64,000 nt of DNA from an uncultured Mediterraneibacter sp. (GTDB taxonomy: Bacteria; Bacillota; Clostridia; Lachnospirales; Lachnospiraceae): the NCBI GenBank assembly GCA_944381935.1, contig CALWMN010000011.1, forward strand, positions 14,030-78,029, in the 5' to 3' direction. Of the stretch, positions 27,322 through 37,399 are shown in pieces. The translations under genes and the position numbers were made by a program. Positions within the stretch are counted from its first letter, which is position 1. Each line of letters opens with the position of its first letter. The notes under the pieces were generated by a model. The model saw nothing but the letters and a program-made list of their open reading frames with translations, had not been told where the DNA came from and made no database searches.

Positions 27322-28737
27322 ATGAATCACAAAATCATTCTCGGATATGCTCCCACACGGCGTCGTATTTTCAGTGTGGAGGACGCCATAAAATACAAGA
27401 AGATCATAGCAGAAAAGCTGACCTCCCTTCAGGTTGAATTTATAGACATAGAAGACATCAATCCGGAAGGTCTGTTAAGATGTGCCGACGATGTAGAACC
27501 CGTGATCCGGAAATTTAAAGCCGCGAACATTGACGCTTTATTTATCCCCCACTGCAACTTCGGCTCTGAGCACAGCTGCGGCAAAGTGGCAAGAGCTTTG
27601 GGCGTCCCTGTTCTCCTCTGGGGACCGAGAGACGAGGCGCCCCTGCCGGACGGGAGCCGTTTAAGGGACACACAGTGCGGTCTTTTCGCCACCGGGAAGG
27701 TCCTGCGCCGCATGCAGGTTCCATTCACCTATCTCCCTAACTGCCGCGTTGAAGATCCGTCCTTTGAAAAAGACCTTCTTAATTTCATAGCCGCAGCCAA
27801 TGTGGTCAAAGAGTTCCGCCGGGGACGCATCCTGCAGATCGACACCCGACCCGCAGACTTCTGGACAATGATGGTAAACGAGGGGGAGCTTCTGGAGAAA
27901 TTCGGCATCCAGATCTTCCCGATCACCATGACTGAATTTGCCGGCCGCGTAGTAAAGCTGGAAGCCTCTGACAATGCGGAAGTACAAAGCACCATAGAAT
28001 ATATCCACGAAAACATGGAGGTATGCATCCCCGAAGAATCTGTTTTAAGAGTCGCCGCCATGAAGACTGCCATGAAACAGTATGCGCTGGAGAACGGATG
28101 CAACGCCATCGCGATACAGTGCTGGGACGCCCTGCAGCAGGCGCTGCACGTCATGCCCTGCTGTGCCAATGCGCTTCTGACAGACGAGGGGATCCCGGTT
28201 GTCTGTGAAACGGATATCCACGGCGCCATCACCGCAATCATGGTACAGGCAGCCGGCATGGGGAAGACGTCCAGCTTTTTTGTAGACTGGTCGATCCGAC
28301 ATCCTGAAAATGACAATGGGGAACTGCTTCAGCACTGTGGGCCATGGCCGGTCTCCTTGGCGAAAGAAAAGCCACAGCTGACACACCCGTTCGCTTTTGA
28401 AGAACACTGCCCCGGCTCTCTGGTGGCAGAGCTGAAACCAGGCGAAATATCAATCCTGCGGTTTGACGGCGACAACGGGCAGTACAGTATGCTGATGGGA
28501 ACCGCCAGGACGATTTCCGGTCCGAAGACAAGCGGAACATATGCCTGGATCGAGGTTCCCAACTGGCCCAAAGTGGAATCCATGATCGTAAAAGGTCCAT
28601 ATGTCCATCACGCAGTCGGGATACACGGCAATGTCCTTCCCATTATCTACGAGGCATTGACTTATCTTCCCGGCATCAGGAGCGATTTTTATGACGAGGC
28701 ACAGGAAAAAGAAACCAAAAATTTCTATTATAATTAA
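27322..28737 (+). CDS. L-fucose/L-arabinose isomerase-family protein
   Basis: HCNFGSE, LWGPRDE, RDTQCG, AIQCW, CETDIHGA, HCG, YVHH. Confidence 0.8.
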   Translation: MNHKIILGYAPTRRRIFSVEDAIKYKKIIAEKLTSLQVEFIDIEDINPEGLLRCADDVEPVIRKFKAANIDALFIPHCNFGSEHSCGKVARALGVPVLLWGPRDEAPLPDGSRLRDTQCGLFATGKVLRRMQVPFTYLPNCRVEDPSFEKDLLNFIAAANVVKEFRRGRILQIDTRPADFWTMMVNEGELLEKFGIQIFPITMTEFAGRVVKLEASDNAEVQSTIEYIHENMEVCIPEESVLRVAAMKTAMKQYALENGCNAIAIQCWDALQQALHVMPCCANALLTDEGIPVVCETDIHGAITAIMVQAAGMGKTSSFFVDWSIRHPENDNGELLQHCGPWPVSLAKEKPQLTHPFAFEEHCPGSLVAELKPGEISILRFDGDNGQYSMLMGTARTISGPKTSGTYAWIEVPNWPKVESMIVKGPYVHHAVGIHGNVLPIIYEALTYLPGIRSDFYDEAQEKETKNFYYN

Positions 28738-30257
28738 TGATTAAAGGGGGATGCACATTGTTACTGGGTATTGATATTGGAACGACAGGCGTCAAAGCGG
28801 CAGTCTTTGACAGCAGCGGGGAGAGAAAAGGCTATGCCTTCCGTGAATATGGCGTCTCCTGTCCCCGCCACGGGTATGCGGAGCAGGACGCAGAAGAGAT
28901 CTGGAACTATACAAAAGCTGTGATTAGAGAATCCTGCGCCGAATCCGGCCCCCGTGTCACTGCCCTCTCCCTGTCTGTCCAGGGGGATGCCGCCATTCCC
29001 CTGGATAAGGACTGGAACCCCCTGGCTTACGCACAGCTGGGAATGGACTACAGAGGCACGGAAGAGGCCCGCTGGTTCACGGACACTTTCGGTGATGAGG
29101 AGCTGTTTTACCGGACGGGAATGCGCCCGCACCCCATGAATTTCCTGGTGAAAGTCCTCTGGTTTAAGAACCATCAGCCAGAGTTATACAAAAAAACATA
29201 TAAATTTACCACATATGCAGATTTCATACTGGGGAAACTGGGAACCGGCATTGCTGTCATTGATGAAACGATGGCAAGCCGCACTATGGCATTTAATCTG
29301 AAGGAAAAAACATGGGACCGGGAGCTTCTGGGCGCCTGCGGAATCCCTGCCGGAAAGCTCTCCGCACCCGTCCCTTCTGGAACGAGGACAGGAAAAATCG
29401 ATCCCGGGACTGCCCGGGAACTGGGGATAAACCCGGACGCCATTCTGGTGGCGGGAGGACATGACCAGACCTGCGCGGCGGTTGGGGCAGGCATCATGGA
29501 AGAGAACCTGGCCCTGGATTCTCACGGGACCGCAGAGGTGATCTCCACGGCATTTCGCACACCGAAGCTGGAGCGGACAATGTTTGAAAGCTATTATCCC
29601 TGTTATCTGCATGCAGTGCCGGATATGTATTTTACCTTCTCCTTAAACCATACCGGAGGGGTATTGCTGAAATGGTTCGTGGAAAATTTCTGCCACCAGG
29701 ATATCCTGTCAGCCAGAGCGCGTTCAGAGCAGGTATACACATATGTATTCGACCACTTTTCCGAAAAGCCGTCCCCTCTGATCGTACTGCCATATTTCAA
29801 CGGAAGCGGCACTCCCACATGCAATCTGGACTTAAAGGGCGCTTTCCTGGGACTGACCCTGTCAACCAGCCGGTACGACATCGCCAAGGCGATCGTCGAA
29901 TCCCTTTCGTACGAATTAAAGGTAAATCTTGAAACAATGAGAAAAGCCGGAATACACATCCGGGAACTCCGCTCCGTCGGAGGAGGCGCCCGCTCTCCCG
30001 TCGGCCTGCAGAACAAAGCCGACATCCTGGGGATCCCGGTTTCCACTTTGAAAATCCGGGAAGCCGCCTGCCTGGGAGCGGCGATCCTGGCAGGCGCCGG
30101 GACAGGTGTATATGACACTGTGCAGCAGGCTGCCTCTGTCATAAAGACTGACCGGACCTTTTTCCCTGATCCGGGTGCCCATGACGCCTACTTTGAAAAA
30201 TATTCCATTTATTCAAAATTGTATGATATAATGAAACCATTCTTAGAAACAATATAA
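28737..30257 (+). CDS. FGGY-family pentulose/hexulose kinase (xylulokinase-like)
   Basis: GIDIGTTGVK, LSVQGD, GGHDQTCA, SHGT, LPYFNGSGTP, GGGARS, EAACLGAA; true start may be TTG 28758. Confidence 0.9.
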   Translation: MIKGGCTLLLGIDIGTTGVKAAVFDSSGERKGYAFREYGVSCPRHGYAEQDAEEIWNYTKAVIRESCAESGPRVTALSLSVQGDAAIPLDKDWNPLAYAQLGMDYRGTEEARWFTDTFGDEELFYRTGMRPHPMNFLVKVLWFKNHQPELYKKTYKFTTYADFILGKLGTGIAVIDETMASRTMAFNLKEKTWDRELLGACGIPAGKLSAPVPSGTRTGKIDPGTARELGINPDAILVAGGHDQTCAAVGAGIMEENLALDSHGTAEVISTAFRTPKLERTMFESYYPCYLHAVPDMYFTFSLNHTGGVLLKWFVENFCHQDILSARARSEQVYTYVFDHFSEKPSPLIVLPYFNGSGTPTCNLDLKGAFLGLTLSTSRYDIAKAIVESLSYELKVNLETMRKAGIHIRELRSVGGGARSPVGLQNKADILGIPVSTLKIREAACLGAAILAGAGTGVYDTVQQAASVIKTDRTFFPDPGAHDAYFEKYSIYSKLYDIMKPFLETI

Positions 30258-30279
30258 TTTAGAAGAAAAGGGGAGTTAT

Positions 30280-31158
30280 ATGGAAAAGCTTTTAGATCAC
30301 TATGATCCGCATATATCTCACAAATTTTTAATACGTGTTCTCTCCATATATGACACCCTGAAATCAGCAGAAAAAAGAGGAGCAGATACTATTTTGAGCG
30401 CCCCGAAATACGCGTCAAACGCCACGATTACCGAGATTGCCCGAAAAGCATCCTGCAGCGATGCAACTCTGGTCCGGCTGGCAAAAAAGCTGGGGTATTC
30501 GGGGTATCCCGAGTTAAAAGGGGCAATCCTTTCATCCGATGCGGAATCTCAGGAGCTCCCTTATGCGGAGCTGCAGCCTGATGATTCTCCCATGAATGTC
30601 GTAGACAAGGTCTTTTCCACCGCAAAGCAGGCACTTTCGGATACCCAGACACTGTTGGAAAAGGACGCATACGAAAAAGCGCTGAAACAGGTGATACATG
30701 CAGGCCGTATCTTTTTTATCGGCGCCGGAGACGCCTATATCGCAGCTTATTCTGCATTTCTCAAATTTTCAAGGATAGGACGCAACGTCGGCTGCTCCAA
30801 AGATATAGACGTGCAGCTGATCGAAGGCTCAAAGCTTACCGAACAGGATCTGCTGGTTGTCATCTCTCACTCAGGGCGCACGGAATCTTTATACAATGTC
30901 ATTAAGACAGCCAAGCTCAACAATGCAAACGTGCTGGCGATTACCAACTATCCTTTGTCGCCGATCGCGAAAATGGCTGATGTTGTCCTTCTGACAGCGG
31001 CGTTTACCCCGAATATCTATCACGAGATCATGGCAAAGCGCATCCCGGAATTATGCGTAATCGAAACGCTGTATATCAACACTTTGCTGCATGGCGATCC
31101 CGACAGCCAGAAGATCCTGTCCCAGTCCAACCAGTCTCTGTCTATCAACAAGCTGTAA
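30280..31158 (+). CDS. MurR/RpiR-family transcriptional regulator
   Basis: CSDATLVRLAKKLGYSGY HTH; SIS FIGAGDA, ISHSGRT, AITNY. Confidence 0.92.
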   Translation: MEKLLDHYDPHISHKFLIRVLSIYDTLKSAEKRGADTILSAPKYASNATITEIARKASCSDATLVRLAKKLGYSGYPELKGAILSSDAESQELPYAELQPDDSPMNVVDKVFSTAKQALSDTQTLLEKDAYEKALKQVIHAGRIFFIGAGDAYIAAYSAFLKFSRIGRNVGCSKDIDVQLIEGSKLTEQDLLVVISHSGRTESLYNVIKTAKLNNANVLAITNYPLSPIAKMADVVLLTAAFTPNIYHEIMAKRIPELCVIETLYINTLLHGDPDSQKILSQSNQSLSINKL

Positions 31159-31183
31159 CCGGGACGATCTTCCTGCCAGGCCG

Positions 31184-31237
31184 GTCCCCTCAAAAAGCAA
31201 AACTGCCGTAAACGGCAGTCGCTTCCCTGAGGGGGCC
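31184..31237. terminator. Composite bidirectional terminator at the right boundary of the sugar island
   Basis: Core ACTGCCGT-AA-ACGGCAGT with outer CCCCTCA/TGAGGGG arms. Confidence 0.75.
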
Positions 31238-31242
31238 ATATT

Positions 31243-32139
31243 TTATTCTTCCTTCCGGTACCCGAAGTTCTTCATCAGGTAGTCGCTGTCTCTCCAGTTC
31301 TTCTGCACCTTCACCCAGAGCTTCAGGTTCACCTTACATTCCAGCATCCGCTCAATCTCATAACGTGCTGTGCTGCCGATCTTCTTGAGCATACTCCCCT
31401 GTTTCCCTATGATGATCCCTTTGTGGGAATCTTTCTCACAGATGATCGTGGCGTCAATATGCATGACCCTGCGCTCCTTCTTCATCCGGTCGATCGCCAC
31501 CGCAATCCCGTGAGGGATCTCCTCATTCAGGCAGTGGAGTGCTTTCTCCCGGATCATCTCCGCCACGATCTGCCGCTCCGGCTGGTCCGTCACAGTATCC
31601 TCATCATAGAACTTAGGTCCGTACGGAAGGTATTTCAGGATCACCTTCACCAGTTCATCCGTATTCTCCCCGCTTCTTGCAGACACCGGCACAATCTCTG
31701 CAAACTCATATGCTTTCCTGTATGCATCGATTGCCGGGAGCACTTCTTCCTTCTTCACCATATCAATTTTATTGATCACAAGGATAACCGGCGTTTTCAC
31801 TTTCCCAAGCTGTTCGATGATATGCCGCTCTCCGGCTCCGATGAATGTGGTCGGTTCCACAAGCCAGAGCACGACGTCCACCTCATTTAACGAGCGCTCC
31901 GCAATGTTCACCATATATTCGCCCAGCTTGTTTTTCGCCTTGTGAATCCCGGGTGTGTCGACAAACACGATCTGCCCCTCCCCTGTCGTGAGAACCGTCT
32001 GTATCCGGTTCCTCGTCGTCTGAGGCTTGTTCGATGTAATCGCAATCTTCTGCCCGATCAGATGATTCATCAGCGTAGATTTTCCGACATTGGGCCTGCC
32101 GATCAGTGTGGCAAAGCCGGATCTGTAATTCTCTTTCAT
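31243..32139 (-). CDS. era: GTPase Era
   Basis: GRPNVGKST, QTTR, DTPG, NKID, EEIPH, KH domain IIIGKQG, LKLWVKV. Confidence 0.98.
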   Translation of the reverse strand: MKENYRSGFATLIGRPNVGKSTLMNHLIGQKIAITSNKPQTTRNRIQTVLTTGEGQIVFVDTPGIHKAKNKLGEYMVNIAERSLNEVDVVLWLVEPTTFIGAGERHIIEQLGKVKTPVILVINKIDMVKKEEVLPAIDAYRKAYEFAEIVPVSARSGENTDELVKVILKYLPYGPKFYDEDTVTDQPERQIVAEMIREKALHCLNEEIPHGIAVAIDRMKKERRVMHIDATIICEKDSHKGIIIGKQGSMLKKIGSTARYEIERMLECKVNLKLWVKVQKNWRDSDYLMKNFGYRKEE

Positions 32140-32261
32140 TTTAACCCCTTTTCCAGAAATTTGTATCCCATATTAGGTTTCCATCCGTCTGCACAGTGGC
32201 GTTTCGTGATATTCAACAAAACGGCCATATACCGATGAAGGCAGACGCTGTTTTCCCGGTT

Positions 32262-35195
32262 TTAATTCAGCGTCTTCACTTCCATGAACATATCTTTTTG
32301 CTCTTCAATTTTTTCCTCGCTCCCGATCACACAGATAAGCTGCTGGTCCAGAATGATTTTCAATATTTTGGCGAGTGACCGGATATCCTCCTTCGCTGCC
32401 TCCAGGATCTGAAGCCTTTCTGTGCGGAGCATTTCTTCCGTTACACGGTTCATATACAGGTTCATCGAACGGGCGCCTTTTGCCGCAGGAGTCATGGGAC
32501 GGTCAATATTGCTGATTGTCCCTATGATAAACTTGTTCATGTCCCGGTCGCTGACGTCAAAGCTTTCCAGATATCCGACCACATCCTCATATACCTCCAT
32601 CGTCTTTTCCAGGTTCGGGTCCCGGTAGGAGACAAGGTAGGATTCGCCGATTCGGTTAAAATTGCTCATACATCCATAGGCTCCGCCTTTCACGCGGATA
32701 TTCTGCCAGAGGTATTCATATCCCAGGATCACTTTCAGGATCTGCAGCGCGCCGGTATACTCCCCGCCTCCGTCCAGGAAGTTACCTGCCCGTGCCACAT
32801 ACTGGACCTTCGAGGATGTCTTGAACCCTTCGTTTTGTTTTGCACAATGAATGACGCAGTTCTCTCCTCCATCCAGGTTTTTGCCCGGCTCATTGAGCCC
32901 CGTTCGTACGGCGCCGAAGGCAGCCTCCATTGGCGCAAGGCCTTCCTGCGCTGCCGTATAGCTCACCATCAGGTTGTCCGCACGGAAAATACGTCCCGAG
33001 ATCTCTTTCAGGTTTCGGATCAGTTCTTCTTTCTGCCCGTCGAAATCTTCCTCAATCCTCTTCACCACTTCATAAAAGCCGATCCCGTCCGTGTCATCTT
33101 TGAATTTGGAGATCGGGGATGTGTAGGACAGTGCCCGCAGCGCCGCTGTCGTATGCCCTGAGGACAGGAATGACATCTGAAGCCTGGACTTAAGCATGGA
33201 AAGGATCTCTTTGAGGCGCTTTTCATCGTCCAGCCGGGACTCCATCAGGATCTCCCGCATCATGGCGAAGAGCACGTCCAACTTCGGATAAAGCGCCTTT
33301 CCTTTCATCTCAAATGTGGCGCTAAACTCCTTTTCCTTCGCCTTCGTCACATCCGTGTACAGCTCCAGGGACGTCCCGATTCCGCCGGTGTGGACGTTGA
33401 TCTCATTGAACAGCTCCCCGTACTCATAGTGGTTCGTGTCAATGATGCCCAGTACGCTCTGCAGGATTCCCACATAGGGAAGCAGCTCCTCCCGGATCCC
33501 CGACAGGTCAAACATCAGCGTCACATAACCGATGCCGTTGGTCTCCACATTGTGCCAGACTGTCTTTACTCCCTCTGAATCTCTTTCCTCATTGCAGGCC
33601 GGGGCAGGATCCCGGGAAATGTCCTCCCGCCTGAGCACCGGAATCTTCGCCAGGTCTTCGGGACTTGACTCTTCCTCCTGGTACCGGACCAGCTCGCGGG
33701 TATCGCGGACCAGCTTTTCCGCCTCTTCCGCAGAGAGACCGTCCCTGTACGCCTTAAGCTTCTCCGCCAGTTCCCTGTCCATCCGCGCGGTGCGTCCCCT
33801 CTCCGGCCGGATTATGACAACAGAACCATGTGTGTTATCCAGAAGGTATCTCTGGATCAGCCCTTCAAAGTACCCCGTCTCCACCTGCTCTTTTAAAAAT
33901 TCAAAGGTTGGGATCGCCTGCATATGGATAAACGGCTTCTCCTCGTCATAGAGCCAGCTGTCAAAGAGCTGAAGGCCGTACATCAGCCCCCTCGGATAAT
34001 TGCCGAAATCCGCCTCCCGGAAACGAAATTCATGATAGTTGATCCCTGCACGCAGCGCTTTTTTGTCCATCCCATTCGCTGCGATATCCCGCAGGGTATC
34101 CTCGATCAGACGGACAAACGCCTCTTTCTGCTCCATATTGGCATTCTTGGAAATAACGGAAAAGATCGGCTGATAAATCCCGTTGTCGTAGGAACCCATG
34201 ATATCCTTTCCGATCCCTGCATCTACCAGCGCCTTTTTGAGCGGTGCCCCGGGCGCAGACAGAAGCGCATAGTCCAAGATCTGGAACGCCAGATAAAGCT
34301 TCTCATCCAGGGATGTTCCGATGACCTTGTTCCAGGAAAGATACGTATTATCCTCCTCACTCTCCTCGCTGGTGATCGAATATTCCCGGACAACTTCCCT
34401 CATTCTGCCAAAGGGTTCCTGGTAAGAGATGGCAGAATCCACTTCCTCAGCATCAAAGTCCGACAGATAGTGCTCATCCAGCCAGCGCAGCTTCTCTTCC
34501 ATGTCCATATCGCCGTACAGATAGATGTAGCTGTTGGAGGGATGATAATACTTTCTGTGGAAATCAAGGAACTGCCCGTAGGTCAGCTTCGGAATCTCCT
34601 CCGGATCCCCGCCCGATTCGTTCGCATACGAGGTGTCCGGAAAAAGGGAATTTAAGATGACGCGGTCAAGCACCCCTTCCGGCGATGAAAACGCCCCTTT
34701 CATCTCATTATAAACCACGCCGCTGATCGTCAGCTCACCGTCGGGCCCGTCCAGCTTATAGCTCCAGCCTTCCTGCCGGAAAATCTCATCATGCTCATAA
34801 ATATTCGGATAGAATACCGCGTCCATATACACATGCATCAAGTTCTGAAAATCCTTGTCATTGCAGCTTGCGACAGGATAAACCGTCTTATCAGGATAGG
34901 TCATGGCGTTCAGGAACGTATTCAGCGATCCCTTAACAAGCTCTACGAACGGATCTTTCACCGGGAAATCCCGGGAACCGCACAGGACAGAGTGTTCCAT
35001 GATGTGGGGCACACCTGTACTGTCTGAGGGCGGCGTCCGAAATCCTATGGCAAACACTTTATTCTCATCATCGTTTTCCATGAGAAGGACCCTTGCCCCG
35101 CTTTTTTTGTGCCTCAAGAGGACGCCTTTTGATTTCAGGTCAGAGAGGTCCTCTGTCTGCATTACCTCATACATATTCAGATCATATATGCTCAT
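32262..35195 (-). CDS. M16C metallopeptidase (insulinase/PreP-like)
   Basis: Inverted zinc motif HIMEH, SLNTFLNAMT, GVVYNEMKG, IRVKGGAYG, SYRDP; ATG 35195 follows AAGGAG (ORF track start 35270). Confidence 0.93.
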   Translation of the reverse strand: MSIYDLNMYEVMQTEDLSDLKSKGVLLRHKKSGARVLLMENDDENKVFAIGFRTPPSDSTGVPHIMEHSVLCGSRDFPVKDPFVELVKGSLNTFLNAMTYPDKTVYPVASCNDKDFQNLMHVYMDAVFYPNIYEHDEIFRQEGWSYKLDGPDGELTISGVVYNEMKGAFSSPEGVLDRVILNSLFPDTSYANESGGDPEEIPKLTYGQFLDFHRKYYHPSNSYIYLYGDMDMEEKLRWLDEHYLSDFDAEEVDSAISYQEPFGRMREVVREYSITSEESEEDNTYLSWNKVIGTSLDEKLYLAFQILDYALLSAPGAPLKKALVDAGIGKDIMGSYDNGIYQPIFSVISKNANMEQKEAFVRLIEDTLRDIAANGMDKKALRAGINYHEFRFREADFGNYPRGLMYGLQLFDSWLYDEEKPFIHMQAIPTFEFLKEQVETGYFEGLIQRYLLDNTHGSVVIIRPERGRTARMDRELAEKLKAYRDGLSAEEAEKLVRDTRELVRYQEEESSPEDLAKIPVLRREDISRDPAPACNEERDSEGVKTVWHNVETNGIGYVTLMFDLSGIREELLPYVGILQSVLGIIDTNHYEYGELFNEINVHTGGIGTSLELYTDVTKAKEKEFSATFEMKGKALYPKLDVLFAMMREILMESRLDDEKRLKEILSMLKSRLQMSFLSSGHTTAALRALSYTSPISKFKDDTDGIGFYEVVKRIEEDFDGQKEELIRNLKEISGRIFRADNLMVSYTAAQEGLAPMEAAFGAVRTGLNEPGKNLDGGENCVIHCAKQNEGFKTSSKVQYVARAGNFLDGGGEYTGALQILKVILGYEYLWQNIRVKGGAYGCMSNFNRIGESYLVSYRDPNLEKTMEVYEDVVGYLESFDVSDRDMNKFIIGTISNIDRPMTPAAKGARSMNLYMNRVTEEMLRTERLQILEAAKEDIRSLAKILKIILDQQLICVIGSEEKIEEQKDMFMEVKTLN

Positions 35196-35304
35196 ACTGT
35201 GAATCTCCTTGTCTGCTTTCTCCTGTCTTTCTGCCCGCGCAGCGACAGCCCACATAGAATAGTATAACACCAGGAGGCGCAGTTTAAAAGTGTACTGTTT
35301 GAAA

Positions 35305-36813
35305 TCATCTGCACGAAATCATCCTCTGTCTGATCTGCTCTGCCAGTTCTGCCCTGAAATACGGGATGATATGTTTTGCATTTGCCGAGGATGCCAGCAG
35401 ATGTATGCTGCCCCTGCTGATGTTCAGCCTCCTGGCAATAATGCCCTGCCTGACCTGTGCATACTGGATATTTTCATATCTGACAGAAATGTATCTTCTT
35501 CCAAAATATCCGCAGGACAGCTTCAGAAAGTCTCTGCCCGCTCCCATTCCCGAGCTGGCATACCACAGGATCATCCCCAGAAGCGTCAGTCCGAGGACAC
35601 TCGCCGCGCACAGCCATATGGCCATCCTGTATTCATCTGCCACGACAGAGAGGAGAAAAGCGCAGGCGAAGACACATACCGCAAAGAGAATCCCCGGGAC
35701 AGACCATACCGCCCAGGCGCCGGCAGGAACCGGCTCCACCTTCTGTTTTGCGCTGTCCGCATATTCCGGGAGCAGCAGTTCAAGCTGTTCTGCCATTTTA
35801 TCCTCTGTGGCATACAGGACCAGGAAGGAATTTTGCTCTTCCTTCTCATCTCCCATCCCCACGTTTACGATCTCCGCCATGTACCGGCGGAAAATCCGCG
35901 CCACGAACGACTGCCTGATCTTAAGCGCCTGGATCTTATCTACCGGGATCGTATACTCCATTTTTTTCAGGAGCCCATATCTGATATTGATCTTATTGCC
36001 TGTGCGTTTTGCCCGGAAATTATAATACCGGATAAAGTCTTTCAGCGTATCCCACAGAGCCGAAATCACCACAGACGCCGCCACCACGATGGCTGCCGCC
36101 GCACTGAGCGCCGAGCGCATCAGCGCAGGCTGCTCCGTCACCCTGATCAGCGCCGTCACCGCTGACACGATACCGCCGATCAGGATCAGCAGAGAAAAAA
36201 TATTGATGGAGAAGAGTCCGTGCTGAAGGATATCCCCGAAGTCGGATCTGATGTCAAACTCTTCCTCCGCGCCCGCCCCGGTCTCCAAATCGATGGCTGG
36301 CGCAGTCTCTGCAAAAGAGTCTCCCTGCGCCTGTTTCATCCGCCGGGCAATCTCGGATTTGAACCTTTCCGCATCTGCTTTCTTCAGGACGATCTGCACG
36401 TCCGTCTTATCCGCCGTGGACCTGCTGTTGGTATCCAGCTTTACCTTGCATGTCCCAAGCAGCATCTCAAACAGGTTCTGTTCCAGATTGATATTCGAGA
36501 TATTCTGGATTCCGATTGTATTTTTCTTTTTGTTGACCGTGTTCCTCTCTATGACAACCGCATTTTCTTCTATACATATGTACGTCTTTGCCCACACAAG
36601 GAGCCGGTTCCCCAAAGTAAACAAAAGAAGCAGAAAAAGCACCGGTATGACAAGGAACGCCCCGCTCTCCAGAAAGGACATATCCGCCCGGGACAGCTCC
36701 TCTATATTCTGGATACCCAGCGTGACGATGACGACCACCAGCGCTGCGATACCCCCGCCGATCTGCTCTGCCACGATCGATATATGATTCCGAAATCTTC
36801 TATTTTCTCCCAT
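35305..36813 (-). CDS. YdbT-like membrane protein with bacterial PH domains
   Basis: Alternating TM pairs and bPH_2-like repeats (IPVDKIQ, VRYENIQ); paired with the YdbS-like gene. Confidence 0.82.
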   Translation of the reverse strand: MGENRRFRNHISIVAEQIGGGIAALVVVIVTLGIQNIEELSRADMSFLESGAFLVIPVLFLLLLFTLGNRLLVWAKTYICIEENAVVIERNTVNKKKNTIGIQNISNINLEQNLFEMLLGTCKVKLDTNSRSTADKTDVQIVLKKADAERFKSEIARRMKQAQGDSFAETAPAIDLETGAGAEEEFDIRSDFGDILQHGLFSINIFSLLILIGGIVSAVTALIRVTEQPALMRSALSAAAAIVVAASVVISALWDTLKDFIRYYNFRAKRTGNKINIRYGLLKKMEYTIPVDKIQALKIRQSFVARIFRRYMAEIVNVGMGDEKEEQNSFLVLYATEDKMAEQLELLLPEYADSAKQKVEPVPAGAWAVWSVPGILFAVCVFACAFLLSVVADEYRMAIWLCAASVLGLTLLGMILWYASSGMGAGRDFLKLSCGYFGRRYISVRYENIQYAQVRQGIIARRLNISRGSIHLLASSANAKHIIPYFRAELAEQIRQRMISCR

Positions 36814-37315
36814 TGTTCTCCCTCTGCTCTATCACAATCTGATTGATCCTCTTTCTTAAATTGTCTGCGATCTGCTCCGCCTTCTCCTCCTCAAGGAAGG
36901 AAATCGTCACATCTCCGCCTCCTGTCGTCACGATGACCTTTGCAACCCTGAACATCTGGTCGAAGGGTCCCCGCGCCGTCTGAAGCTTGTGGAGCCGCTC
37001 GATGGGCACAATGTTCCTCTTCACAAACAGGTAGCCTTCTATGATATCAATACATTCCTCATTGATGCTGTAGCGGTACCTGTGATACCGGAAATATGGA
37101 CTGATCACCATCTCTGCCAGAATAAAAACAGCGGCCGCAAGAGAGATCCATTTCCCGACGGCAATGTCGGACGGAAACAGCCAGATATAATTCAGCGCCC
37201 CTATAACCGCCAGGAAAATGATCCCCGTGACACATCCCGCCGCATACATACATTGCAGCGCCCGTTTTGAAAGTTTTTCGTATCTCACCATCTCATTCAC
37301 TTCATAACACCTCAT
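36800..37315 (-). CDS. YdbS-like membrane protein with a bacterial PH domain
   Basis: Two TMs, then YRYSIN..., VPIERLH, GPFDQMF, TGGG; true start may be GTG 37300. Confidence 0.82.
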   Translation of the reverse strand: MRCYEVNEMVRYEKLSKRALQCMYAAGCVTGIIFLAVIGALNYIWLFPSDIAVGKWISLAAAVFILAEMVISPYFRYHRYRYSINEECIDIIEGYLFVKRNIVPIERLHKLQTARGPFDQMFRVAKVIVTTGGGDVTISFLEEEKAEQIADNLRKRINQIVIEQRENNGRK

Positions 37316-37399
37316 ATCACTGTATTATATTTTTAATACAATGATACGGGGTGCGTTCTCCTTTGTCAACACAAGAATACATGCCTGACCGCAAATCCC

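Noticed and set aside
35290-36846. Plus-strand ORFs of 291, 219, 208 and 178 aa
   Set aside because: Antisense shadows of the YdbT-like gene.
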